A stretch of 64,000 bases of DNA from a virus. Its lineage: Duplodnaviria > Caudoviricetes. Each line of letters opens with the position of its first letter. Within the stretch, counting starts at the first letter, position 1. Made by a program: the position numbers and the translations under genes. The DNA lies in IMG/VR virus record IMGVR_UViG_3300035512_000144, positions 1 through 64,000 of that record; one strand, 5' to 3'. Under the pieces are notes generated by a model, which made no database searches, was not told the origin of the DNA, and worked only from the letters and a program-made list of their open reading frames with translations. This document shows positions 47,340 through 56,198 of this stretch, piece by piece.

Positions 47340-47681
47340 TTACTCTTCCTTTGTTTTCCTGCCCTTCTTCTCCGGCTCTGCCGTATCTTCCTCCGTCTTG
47401 TTCTTGGAGAGAGCGAGAAAAAAACCGGACTCTTCCATCTCTTTCGACATCGCCTGAATGATTTCATCAAACTTGCCGCCGCCGATGATGTGTTCCTCAA
47501 TCTCTTTTCCTGCTTTTTCCCTTGACTTGTTGGAACACAGGCTGAAATATGCTCTAACCATGCTCATAGGCTTGTCCTGCATCTTCTCCATAGAGACACC
47601 GCAGTCCTCCAAATCAGCAATCATGTTGAAGTCAAAAGGCTTTGCCGTGTATACTGTTCCATTCACCGTGAATCTGTTCAT
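47340..47681 (-). CDS. Tail assembly chaperone (G)
   Basis: Lies between the MTP and TMP genes; contains T TTT TTT. Confidence 0.8.
   Translation of the reverse strand: MNRFTVNGTVYTAKPFDFNMIADLEDCGVSMEKMQDKPMSMVRAYFSLCSNKSREKAGKEIEEHIIGGGKFDEIIQAMSKEMEESGFFLALSKNKTEEDTAEPEKKGRKTKEE
47418..47424 (-). other. -1 ribosomal frameshift site T TTT TTT (G to GT)
   Basis: The -1 frame is stop-free into ORF 46942-47319. Confidence 0.8.
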
Positions 47682-47843
47682 TTTGTATCACCTTTCCCTT
47701 TCTCGATGTATAGGGGAAAGGGGCAGCCCGAAAGCCGCCCCAAACCTATCATGTTAAATCTTCCTCATCAGACTTTGCGTCTGATTTCTTTGTGGCTGTA
47801 TCATCATCGCCGCTCGTCACAGCCGTACTTTCAACCGAGTGGC

Positions 47844-48299
47844 TCACGCTTTTCCCACGTCAACTGCCGTGTCCCAACCGATGAAGTTATTCGTGGTGCA
47901 GTTCATAACGAATGTCAAAAGACCGTTCTGGTCAAGTGAACTTGCCGGAATCTTAGTGGGAACTTCCGCGATAACAAAGTTCTGCTTTGTCTTTCCCGGT
48001 ACTTTTGTAAGGAAACATACCTTCTTGCCAAGTAATGCCTCCCACTCTGTCATGGTCTCGTCTGTGTCATTGACCGTGATCGCGTAAGAATCAGTTACGG
48101 TACTTCTGCCGGCAATGTTCTTTGTCTCGTAATCTTCAAGTGCTGACGCATCAATAGCCTCCGGCTCAACCGTAATCTCGCCAATCTGATTGATACGTGT
48201 CAACTGTGTGTAGCTGTCTGCATCGGTGATTTTCTCGCCGTTCTCGCTGACTGCCGCCCACAGCGTAATGCCAAGTGTAGATAATCCTACTTCTGCCAT
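47844..48299 (-). CDS. Major tail protein
   Basis: IDASALED..KNIAGR; synteny. Confidence 0.8.
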   Translation of the reverse strand: MAEVGLSTLGITLWAAVSENGEKITDADSYTQLTRINQIGEITVEPEAIDASALEDYETKNIAGRSTVTDSYAITVNDTDETMTEWEALLGKKVCFLTKVPGKTKQNFVIAEVPTKIPASSLDQNGLLTFVMNCTTNNFIGWDTAVDVGKA

Positions 48300-48364
48300 T
48301 TCTGTTTACCTCTCTTTCTAAAATTGCGCATAAAAATAAGAGGGATAAACCCTCTTTCCTTTAG

Positions 48365-48772
48365 TTACCATGTGACAACATTACTTGCCCCAATCACCCA
48401 TGCCACCTTTAGCGTGTATCTGTATTCCGATACATCTGAATATGTCGGTATGGGATTTTGGATAATCCTCATGTTACCACTCAAAATCTCTGCGATGTAT
48501 TCAGCTATCGTCTCACAAGTGCTTTCATGGTCGTTGCTGAACACATCTATTGTATAAGTTTGGTCTACTGCACTTACGCCGCCGTCAAATGTCTGCCCCA
48601 TCTGCCTATCGTCTGACTTATAAAACCTCACATATGGAAACGCTGGCGTTGTTTTCCTAAGATATTCCGTTCCGCAGTTAATTGACGGATAAGTGTCTGA
48701 AAACTTCTCCAAGACCTTCTTATTGACAAAAGCGTATATGTTACTTTTTAAAGTTCTGCCGTACCATGCCAT
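48365..48772 (-). CDS. Tail terminator-like protein
   Basis: PAFPYV; YTIDVFSN; synteny. Confidence 0.6.
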   Translation of the reverse strand: MAWYGRTLKSNIYAFVNKKVLEKFSDTYPSINCGTEYLRKTTPAFPYVRFYKSDDRQMGQTFDGGVSAVDQTYTIDVFSNDHESTCETIAEYIAEILSGNMRIIQNPIPTYSDVSEYRYTLKVAWVIGASNVVTW

Positions 48773-48780
48773 GACCTCAC

Positions 48781-49329
48781 CTACCCGAATATCTTTTCAG
48801 CCGTTTTGATAATCTCCGACTCCATCTGTGTGTATGCTTTGTATACTGGCTGTTTCGGCTCTATGCCGTATGAATGATGCCATACACCGTCCAAATCCTG
48901 CCAATACCAACCGTTAGGGTCAAATGCGTGCGTCTGACCAGGGAACGTACCGCGCCCTACACCCTCAACGCCCATTTCCTCCGGCACCTCGGCTTTCATA
49001 CCGCTGCCAAATTCCACCATAAGCAGCGGTGACACATCAGCCGATTTCACGCCGTCTTTTGTTTGCCACTGACTGACAATGTGACCTGTCTCTGTCGCAT
49101 ACAGAATGGCACTGCAACCGCTCTTAATAGGCTCAATTTCCATCGAAAATGTGATGTATTTACCAAACCCTCCAACGTTCTGTTGCGCTGTCTGTATGCC
49201 GCTTTCAGCAAGTTCCTTGACCAGTTTTTCACACTTGTCCGCCAAATCTCTTTTGTAATTATCAATCTCTTTCCGCAGTTGCTTGATTGAATCAGAATCG
49301 AGAATGTTACACGTAAGAATTTTACCCAT
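48781..49329 (-). CDS. Neck/tail completion protein (HK97 gp10-like)
   Basis: LMVEFGSG; GWYW; synteny. Confidence 0.65.
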   Translation of the reverse strand: MGKILTCNILDSDSIKQLRKEIDNYKRDLADKCEKLVKELAESGIQTAQQNVGGFGKYITFSMEIEPIKSGCSAILYATETGHIVSQWQTKDGVKSADVSPLLMVEFGSGMKAEVPEEMGVEGVGRGTFPGQTHAFDPNGWYWQDLDGVWHHSYGIEPKQPVYKAYTQMESEIIKTAEKIFG

Positions 49330-49506
49330 TATGAACCAACTTTTTCCCCATCAATATACATAATGTATTTGCCACCGCATTCGCATTTTTGATTGCGGTC
49401 ATACACATTCCAGTTCTTGTTTGATTCTTGTTCATTTTTAGGCTGTAATTTTCCGCAATTTTCACACTTAAATTCCATTTTAGGATATTTTGCCATTTTA
49501 GCCCTC

Positions 49507-49848
49507 CTACAAAATTTCTAACTCTTGGAACACTTTGAAAATCTTTGGAGATTGAATTGAAAGCCAATCAATCAATTCCTCATTCTCTGCATAGTCACTT
49601 TGACTTCTCAATCCGCTTTCTCCAAAAAACGCATGAAAAATCTCATGTCTTAAGACTTTTTTCTCATACTCCTCAAATTTTTCCACACACATAACATCAT
49701 TTCTCGCGTCTGCAAAATCATTTATTACAATTTCTTTTGAATACTGCTCACATAACCCATTGCATTCTTTTAATTTAGGGTTATCATTTTCAGATTGAGT
49801 TTTAATTTCATATTCAGTTCCAAGAATATTTACTGTTCTGTTCTCCAT
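49507..49848 (-). CDS. HExxH-motif small metallopeptidase-like protein
   Basis: VLRHEIFHAFFGESG; EELIDW. Confidence 0.6.
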   Translation of the reverse strand: MENRTVNILGTEYEIKTQSENDNPKLKECNGLCEQYSKEIVINDFADARNDVMCVEKFEEYEKKVLRHEIFHAFFGESGLRSQSDYAENEELIDWLSIQSPKIFKVFQELEIL

Positions 49849-49855
49849 GTCGCAC

Positions 49856-50290
49856 CTACTTCACCAACGCTTTCAGCACATACTGCGTAAAATTTTTGCT
49901 ATCAAGTGGTTTTATTACCATGTAGTCTGCGCTCGTTGGCTCTGGTATTGTTTTTTCTGCGTCCTTATAGACTATTTCAGACTTATCCCATATAAGTGCG
50001 CCCTCCGCAATCGGATAAGCGTTTTTAGGGCATACACATGTTGCGTTGTAATCGGTAACCGACAATCCATATCCCTTCGCCTCTGCGTCTCCGCCGCCCA
50101 TAGCAACTCCAGAACTAAACTCAACAGGCTTTGTGTACAATATCTCTTTCTCTCCAGTAGGCACCGGAACCTGTTCACCGTCTACCGTGATAGTTCTGAT
50201 ATTGCCGTCAGAATCACGCTCGTAAACGTCAACCTCACCACTCTGCAAAGAATAATATAATTTTTGCTGATTTATCCTTATCGTCCGCAA
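49856..50290 (-). CDS. Head closure protein
   Basis: ADYMV; synteny. Confidence 0.55.
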   Translation of the reverse strand: MRTIRINQQKLYYSLQSGEVDVYERDSDGNIRTITVDGEQVPVPTGEKEILYTKPVEFSSGVAMGGGDAEAKGYGLSVTDYNATCVCPKNAYPIAEGALIWDKSEIVYKDAEKTIPEPTSADYMVIKPLDSKNFTQYVLKALVK

Positions 50291-50293
50291 AAC

Positions 50294-50599
50294 TTAATCG
50301 TCCTTTCCGTCCAAGCGAATAGTTATTTCATCAAGCCGCTTGTGTGCCTGTTTCACGCTTTCCTCGACCTTTATCAGTCTGTCATTGTGGGATTGAATAT
50401 CATTCCTCATGGACGCTATCTCATTCTTCACGTCCTGCATTGTGGAAACAATATTGTCTAGTTTCGTGTTGATGATCGTGTCTGTTTTGACTCTTTCCTC
50501 AATCTCTTTCGTGTCAGAACGTTTATTGTTCTTCATTCCGAAGAAAATAGAAAATGCCACTGAAACAATGGAAATCAACAAAGCTAATTCTACCTGCAT
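50294..50599 (-). CDS. Single-TM coiled-coil protein (XhlA/holin-like)
   Basis: ALLISIVSVAFSIFF; RLIKVEESVKQAHKRLD. Confidence 0.6.
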   Translation of the reverse strand: MQVELALLISIVSVAFSIFFGMKNNKRSDTKEIEERVKTDTIINTKLDNIVSTMQDVKNEIASMRNDIQSHNDRLIKVEESVKQAHKRLDEITIRLDGKDD

Positions 50600-50710
50600 A
50601 ACCAACTCCCCTTTACTGCAAAAAATTCCATTGCCCAACCACCACCTAATATGGAATACCCTTACAGCGTCCTGCCGTGTTTCCACAAACAGAACGCCGC
50701 GCACAACTGC

Positions 50711-51073
50711 TTAAATCTTTGCAAACGGCACAACGCCGCAAAATAACTTGTTCCTGTCCGTGTAACTCCGCGAAATAGAGTTCTCGTTGTGGCTACTCTC
50801 AAAATCTGCACCGATGGTGTTGTAATCGTAGAGTGCCAAATTGCGGACATTTGAATAATACTCATACATATCCGCATTTATCATCTCGTCCGTGTAACTC
50901 TCCGGATAACTTCTCGCTCGTTTCACTTCCCGCAAAGCATTATGGATTTTGGAGAGCAGAAGAACCTCATTGAAATTTTTATCCGTCAATGACAATTCAG
51001 CCTGCAAGTCTGCAAATATTTCCTGCTCCAGCGTCAATGTCATTCCGGTATCAATGCTGTTTGTTTCTTCCAT
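50711..51073 (-). CDS. Head-tail connector (adaptor)
   Basis: LALYDYN.IGA...SENSISRSY; synteny. Confidence 0.65.
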   Translation of the reverse strand: MEETNSIDTGMTLTLEQEIFADLQAELSLTDKNFNEVLLLSKIHNALREVKRARSYPESYTDEMINADMYEYYSNVRNLALYDYNTIGADFESSHNENSISRSYTDRNKLFCGVVPFAKI

Positions 51074-51091
51074 ACTCTCACTTCCTTGCTC

Positions 51092-51460
51092 TTACAGATT
51101 GAAATGTTCAATCAGTTCCTTTTTCAGTTCACCGCCGCTCTTGCTCTCCACGTCTGAAAGATTCTCCTTTGTCGCAAGTTCTTTCAGTTCCGCCGTGCTT
51201 AAACGGTTGATATCTGTCTTTGTATAGGTTTTATCCGTGTCTGCGGTTTCCTCAACTGGCGGATTCATGTACTTGGAGAAATCGTCCTTTCCGTTATCCG
51301 GCTTGATTAGCGGTTTCCCTTGCTTATTGTTTTTGCTTGCAAGCTCCGCAATTCTCTCATTGCTTACTGTCATGCCGTCCCGGGGGAATTTATCCCCCGG
51401 ATTGTACGGATAACCTAAGTCCTGCAAATCTGTAAAAAATGAAATTACTTTGTAACTCAT
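51092..51460 (-). CDS. Capsid-associated protein with a C-terminal HeH-like motif
   Basis: YNPGDKFPR..ERIAELASKNNKQGKPLI; RLSTAELKELA. Confidence 0.55.
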   Translation of the reverse strand: MSYKVISFFTDLQDLGYPYNPGDKFPRDGMTVSNERIAELASKNNKQGKPLIKPDNGKDDFSKYMNPPVEETADTDKTYTKTDINRLSTAELKELATKENLSDVESKSGGELKKELIEHFNL

Positions 51461-51472
51461 TCAATCACTCCC

Positions 51473-52465
51473 TTACGCGCCTGTTCCTACCATCTGTACC
51501 TTACGAACAATGTCTGTAGGAATTTCCGTGGAAAGACCTGTGATTTTTCCTGCGTACCATTCCGGACCGTGGTCTAAGCCCATCTGACCAAAAATCTGTT
51601 TCTTTGTTCCTGCGCCTGTTTTTGCAAGTTCCTCAATGAAGAAATTGCCCTTGCCCGGAACCATCTGCTCAACAGGTGCCATAACGGTCGGGTCAAATGC
51701 CGTTACTGTTCCTGCCGGAAGATATTTCAGTGTACGAATACCGATTGCTCCAAGTGGAGTAAGCACCGTATCAATGTTAATGCCGTTGATTGTTCTGCCA
51801 CTTTCCACAATGGTTAAACCGTTTACTGCCGCATCTGCGTTAAGCTGTAATCTGCTGGTGCTGTCCACGCCAAGTACAAGGCTGTCAATCGCGCCGTTGG
51901 AATCATCAATCAGTTTCATAAGTTCGCACACAAGCAGGAATGTCAGTTTCTTGCCATCTGCCGCAATAATGTTAGATGTAATTGCGTTCAAAAGACCTCT
52001 TGACTTATTGGCTACTGCGTCACCTGTGGATTTCTGAAACTCACCGTTGATAAAGGTGTACTCAATATCCTGCGCAATTTTCGCCATCTTTGCTGCCACC
52101 TGGAAATCCTCTTCGTTGATAGGATTAGCAGTCTGACCTGCGATATTGATACCGCTTAAGGAACCCATGTTTGACATCTTGCCGTAGGAAATACCTACAG
52201 ATTCCTGATAAATCTGCGTTACATTGGTTTTCTGCTCCCTTGTAACTACACTTGCGTCCGGTGCTGTCAAAGACTGGCTCTCGGAAATCTCCGGCTGTGT
52301 GCCTGTTGCTGTCTCATATTCCTGCCCGGTCACAAATTCTGTGCTGTTCGTGTACTTTCTCTTTGCCCCGATAAGTGTGGAAAACGGTGTCTTTACGTTG
52401 CCCTTATTGAAGAGCATACCGCTGTAGTTCAAGACTGAACCACTTGTTGCATACTGTTCTGCCAT
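51473..52465 (-). CDS. Major capsid protein
   Basis: 330 aa after the scaffold gene; TNVTQIYQESV..S; QIFGQMGLDHGPEW. Confidence 0.85.
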   Translation of the reverse strand: MAEQYATSGSVLNYSGMLFNKGNVKTPFSTLIGAKRKYTNSTEFVTGQEYETATGTQPEISESQSLTAPDASVVTREQKTNVTQIYQESVGISYGKMSNMGSLSGINIAGQTANPINEEDFQVAAKMAKIAQDIEYTFINGEFQKSTGDAVANKSRGLLNAITSNIIAADGKKLTFLLVCELMKLIDDSNGAIDSLVLGVDSTSRLQLNADAAVNGLTIVESGRTINGINIDTVLTPLGAIGIRTLKYLPAGTVTAFDPTVMAPVEQMVPGKGNFFIEELAKTGAGTKKQIFGQMGLDHGPEWYAGKITGLSTEIPTDIVRKVQMVGTGA

Positions 52466-52507
52466 TTCTCATTACCTCTTTCTTTCTGTTGTTTGTATTG
52501 TTTATAG

Positions 52508-53083
52508 TTAGCTGTTCGCCTCGTTCTGCTGACGAATAAGTGATGCCATAGCAACCATATCTCCATTTGCCTGTGCCTCTGCTATCTGTGCAGAAAGGTC
52601 AACTTTACCTGTTCCGTTTCCAGCCGGAGGGTTCATGTTGTATTCTTTTTCCCAAGATGAACGGAGTGCTGCCGCCTGCTTGTCGGAAAAAATCTTCTCA
52701 TTTGACAAGACAGTTGCGCTGTCACCATTGAGAAGTGCTGTTGCTGTCTCGATAGCAAAATCTTTGTCAAACCCTCTCTCTTTGTACTGGTCTGCGATAT
52801 CCCTAATCTGGTCTTTCTTCTTCAACTCATTGTTTTCCGCAATCAAAGAATCCCACTGTGACTGCTGATCTGCTTTCTGCCGTTCCTCTTCTGACATACG
52901 CTCACGCTCTTTACGCTTGTTCTCAGCAACCTGTGAAGAAAGCGTATCTACCTTGTTCTGTAAAACGTTGCTTTCCTTTTCGTGGTCTGCCCGCGTCATG
53001 TAAAGTTCATGGAACTTTGCCATTGCCTCATCTTCTGTCATGCCGTCCACATAGGAACTGCCAAGTAAAGTTTTCCAATCCAT
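52508..53083 (-). CDS. Capsid scaffolding protein (DUF4355-like)
   Basis: Coiled coil MSEEERQKA; start moved to MDWKT. Confidence 0.7.
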   Translation of the reverse strand: MDWKTLLGSSYVDGMTEDEAMAKFHELYMTRADHEKESNVLQNKVDTLSSQVAENKRKERERMSEEERQKADQQSQWDSLIAENNELKKKDQIRDIADQYKERGFDKDFAIETATALLNGDSATVLSNEKIFSDKQAAALRSSWEKEYNMNPPAGNGTGKVDLSAQIAEAQANGDMVAMASLIRQQNEANS

Positions 53084-53224
53084 AATGTTTACCTCTTCTT
53101 TCTGTTTTCTTTTCTTTTCTTGAAATTTGCTCGTTACCGTCTTTCTCTGACGTTTGCGAAATTTGTATTGCGCTGTCTCTAGCGCATATAAAAAGACGCT
53201 GGATTTCTCCAACGTCTGATTAAC

Positions 53225-53824
53225 TTAAAGATATAAAATTGAACATCTGCAATTTGCTGTCTGCGATATATCGCCATTGACAGTGTCATGCGGATATAGC
53301 ATATAGCTACTTCCGACTTTGAAATATTCCCTGATTGGAATTGTTGTGCCTCCAACCAGTAAATGGCTTTTGCGTTCTCTGTTGTCTTTTAAATCAAGCC
53401 AACGTTTCCGCGTCTTGCCTTGTTTGATTGCCTTAAAATAATCACTTGCGTTATATACTTCTGTTGCCTCATTCTCTGCAATCAATACCGCCCTGTCATT
53501 GGATAAATAATATTCATCATCAATGCGGTTTTTTGTTGTCTCTAATGTGTTTTTAGCAAATAACGGTATATATTTCTCAATCCAATCTTCAGAAACTCCA
53601 ACATTTGATATTGTTCTTTTGTATCTCTGCTTAAAGTTCTGTATGATTGTTTCAAAATCATTTTCTATGTCAGATATGGCTATCAAATCAAACAAAAAGA
53701 AAATATCTTCCTCTATCTCTTCCGCAAGTTTTATTCTCTCTTCTTTCTGCTCTTTTGTTATGTCCATGCTGTTAAAATACTGCCGGAAGTGAAGTACATT
53801 TAACTGGTCGATTGATTCTGGCAT
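53225..53824 (-). CDS. Minor head protein (MuF-like)
   Basis: RAVLIAENE; KRW..D.RERKSH; NCRCS. Confidence 0.75.
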   Translation of the reverse strand: MPESIDQLNVLHFRQYFNSMDITKEQKEERIKLAEEIEEDIFFLFDLIAISDIENDFETIIQNFKQRYKRTISNVGVSEDWIEKYIPLFAKNTLETTKNRIDDEYYLSNDRAVLIAENEATEVYNASDYFKAIKQGKTRKRWLDLKDNRERKSHLLVGGTTIPIREYFKVGSSYMLYPHDTVNGDISQTANCRCSILYL

Positions 53825-53825
53825 A

Positions 53826-55376
53826 TCAATTTATCTCTCCATAAGGACTGCGCTGCGGCTGATCGCTTGCGTCCTGCATGATTTTGGAAGAATCAGGGCT
53901 TGTCTGCTGCTCATTTGTTGCAGGCGTTGTTTTATCTCCGCGAATCTTCTCCACCATCTCTTTACTGTCAACCGTAAATTGCTGTGGGTCTGTGGCAAAT
54001 CCGGCTATTGTAGTGGCATGAAGTAAATCCGCTCCACGGTCAACCATTGTAGCCCACGCATTTACCTTTGTCGCAAGGTCATATGTCTTATTCCGTGAAT
54101 GCTTAATACCAACATCTGACGCTCTAAGACTTCCGATATCAGCATCGTCCTTGTCCTTATCGTGTCTCGCAATCGCAAGCATTACCTTTATAGACCTCAT
54201 TTCCGACTGGTCAAATTCTTGCTCACTTGTCTGCGCCCTTGTATCAGCCTCGGAATATCCGTTACTCATACTTGTGGCACTTCCAGTTGAACCACCTGTT
54301 GAAATGCCAAACATAGGTACGCCGCTGATTTCCTGGCTTTCTTCTTTCAGATAATCAACATATGACTGGATTTCCGACTGATTCAAAGTCTGTGTCAGAT
54401 ATGTGATTTTCGCGTCTCTTCCATCTCCTGTTGATTTTGTAACAATCAGTCCGTTTCCATCAACAAGTTTCTGTTTTCCCTCATCGTCAATATCGCAGTT
54501 ATGGAACCATAACAAAGACTGAACAAACTGTGCTATATCGTTTGCCCTGTCTGAATTTACTACATTTAACTCATCAAGTATGGAGATAACGCTTTCAAAG
54601 CAAGCAAAACTTCTTCCCTGAATATTTCTTTCGTTTGCATATTCAACAACCGGAATCTCGCCATATACCCACGGAGTCATTTTAAAATTTGGCTCACTGT
54701 GCGAATTTAACCCAACTCCACGTGTGATTTCAAAATAGTTTCTCCTGCTCCACGCGCCAATCTTAATCGTTCCGTTTTTCAGAATGCTATATGTAACGCC
54801 CAACATAGGCTCCCTAAATGCGTCATTTTTGTAAACAACAAATGCCATTGTCGGGTTAAGCGTTGTGATCTTAAACAGTGACAGTTCATTCTCATTGTCA
54901 TTTGGCAATATAAGTCTGTAGCCTAATCCGCAAGATTTAAAACTGTCAGCAAGCAACACATCTTTGGATGATTTGCTCTGCTCCCTTAACATTTCATTTA
55001 ATGCCGTTATGCGGTAATCGTCCTTAATACTTTCATCTTTCTTGAAAATCTTGTTGATTATTTTTGCAAGTTTTCCTTTAAGTGCCTGAACCTCTCCGGC
55101 TTGTATGTACGTGATAGGACTGCTGTATTCATATCCGACTTTAAAATTCTTAATCCGGCTTGCAAGATTTAAAACAACCTTTTCATTGATTTCAGGTCTT
55201 ACTTCCTTTTCCCTGTCTCTAATAGGCTGTATTCCGGCAAGATAATCAAACAGAAAGATTTCTTCACTGACATTCTCCATGTGTATCGGAAATGCCGTGT
55301 CGATAATGTCAAGGATATTCTCTTTTGTCACCTCGTCATAATCGGTGAATATCATTCTTCTGCCTGCTGTTATCAT
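53826..55376 (-). CDS. Portal protein (SPP1-like)
   Basis: IPVVEYAN..SCFESVISILDELN.V.SD; 516 aa. Confidence 0.88.
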   Translation of the reverse strand: MITAGRRMIFTDYDEVTKENILDIIDTAFPIHMENVSEEIFLFDYLAGIQPIRDREKEVRPEINEKVVLNLASRIKNFKVGYEYSSPITYIQAGEVQALKGKLAKIINKIFKKDESIKDDYRITALNEMLREQSKSSKDVLLADSFKSCGLGYRLILPNDNENELSLFKITTLNPTMAFVVYKNDAFREPMLGVTYSILKNGTIKIGAWSRRNYFEITRGVGLNSHSEPNFKMTPWVYGEIPVVEYANERNIQGRSFACFESVISILDELNVVNSDRANDIAQFVQSLLWFHNCDIDDEGKQKLVDGNGLIVTKSTGDGRDAKITYLTQTLNQSEIQSYVDYLKEESQEISGVPMFGISTGGSTGSATSMSNGYSEADTRAQTSEQEFDQSEMRSIKVMLAIARHDKDKDDADIGSLRASDVGIKHSRNKTYDLATKVNAWATMVDRGADLLHATTIAGFATDPQQFTVDSKEMVEKIRGDKTTPATNEQQTSPDSSKIMQDASDQPQRSPYGEIN

Positions 55377-55387
55377 TTCCTACACCT

Positions 55388-55603
55388 CTAGTAAAACGTC
55401 ATTCCGCTTGCCGTTGTCCGCAGCGGATAGTCACTAATCCTCAATTCTTCTGTCTTTGGTTCGTATGTGATCAACTTCCTGCATTTCCTGCATATCGCTG
55501 AAATCCTTGTTGACCGCCTGCCGTCATAATGGATAACCGCCCTGTTGCATATGGGGCAGTATATTGTTTTCTTTTCCATTCTGTCCTCATTTCTGAAATG
55601 CAA
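55388..55603 (-). CDS. Small zinc-finger protein
   Basis: CPICNR..CRKCRK. Confidence 0.5.
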   Translation of the reverse strand: MHFRNEDRMEKKTIYCPICNRAVIHYDGRRSTRISAICRKCRKLITYEPKTEELRISDYPLRTTASGMTFY

Positions 55604-55751
55604 AAAGCACCGCCATTTCTGACGATGCCTTTTGGTTGAAGGAGATTTGTCAATGTATTATTGTATGTCCATTTTGCTGAATTTATCATAACTGAAAATG
55701 TATTATGCGTAAATATGAAAAACTATGCAATATTATGCAAAAATGTGCAAA

Positions 55752-56186
55752 CTACTGCACACTTTCAAGATATTCGCTCCCATACAGCCTTTCAAACTCC
55801 TGTAAAGCCTGTCCATGAATCATAAATACCTTTCGCAGACTCCAGTTTGTGCTTTTTGCAATTTCTTCAAACGTTTTCTCACCAATGTACCGCAAAGAAA
55901 GCACATTGTAAAAATCATTGTCCTCCATAGAGTCTATCTGCCAGATTATACATTTTCTGATATCCAAAAAATCATTGACTAAGATGTCTGTCTCTTCCTC
56001 TAAATCAACAATTTTTGCAACTGTACTACCCAGCCTGTCCTTGTCAGAAGAAGTCTGCACCCTGTCACTTTCATTAGATACAGTCACGCTGCAAGCCATT
56101 GTCTTTAACTTGTATATTTCAGATAATTTGTTTTGAATCATATTCTCTAATCGTGCCACTTGCTGTAAATATGTTTTTGTTGTCAT
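55752..56186 (-). CDS. ArpU/RinA-like late transcriptional activator
   Basis: KTYLQQV; LSLRYI..FEEIA..WS.R.V..IHG.AL. Confidence 0.75.
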   Translation of the reverse strand: MTTKTYLQQVARLENMIQNKLSEIYKLKTMACSVTVSNESDRVQTSSDKDRLGSTVAKIVDLEEETDILVNDFLDIRKCIIWQIDSMEDNDFYNVLSLRYIGEKTFEEIAKSTNWSLRKVFMIHGQALQEFERLYGSEYLESVQ

Positions 56187-56198
56187 AACAACCCTCCG

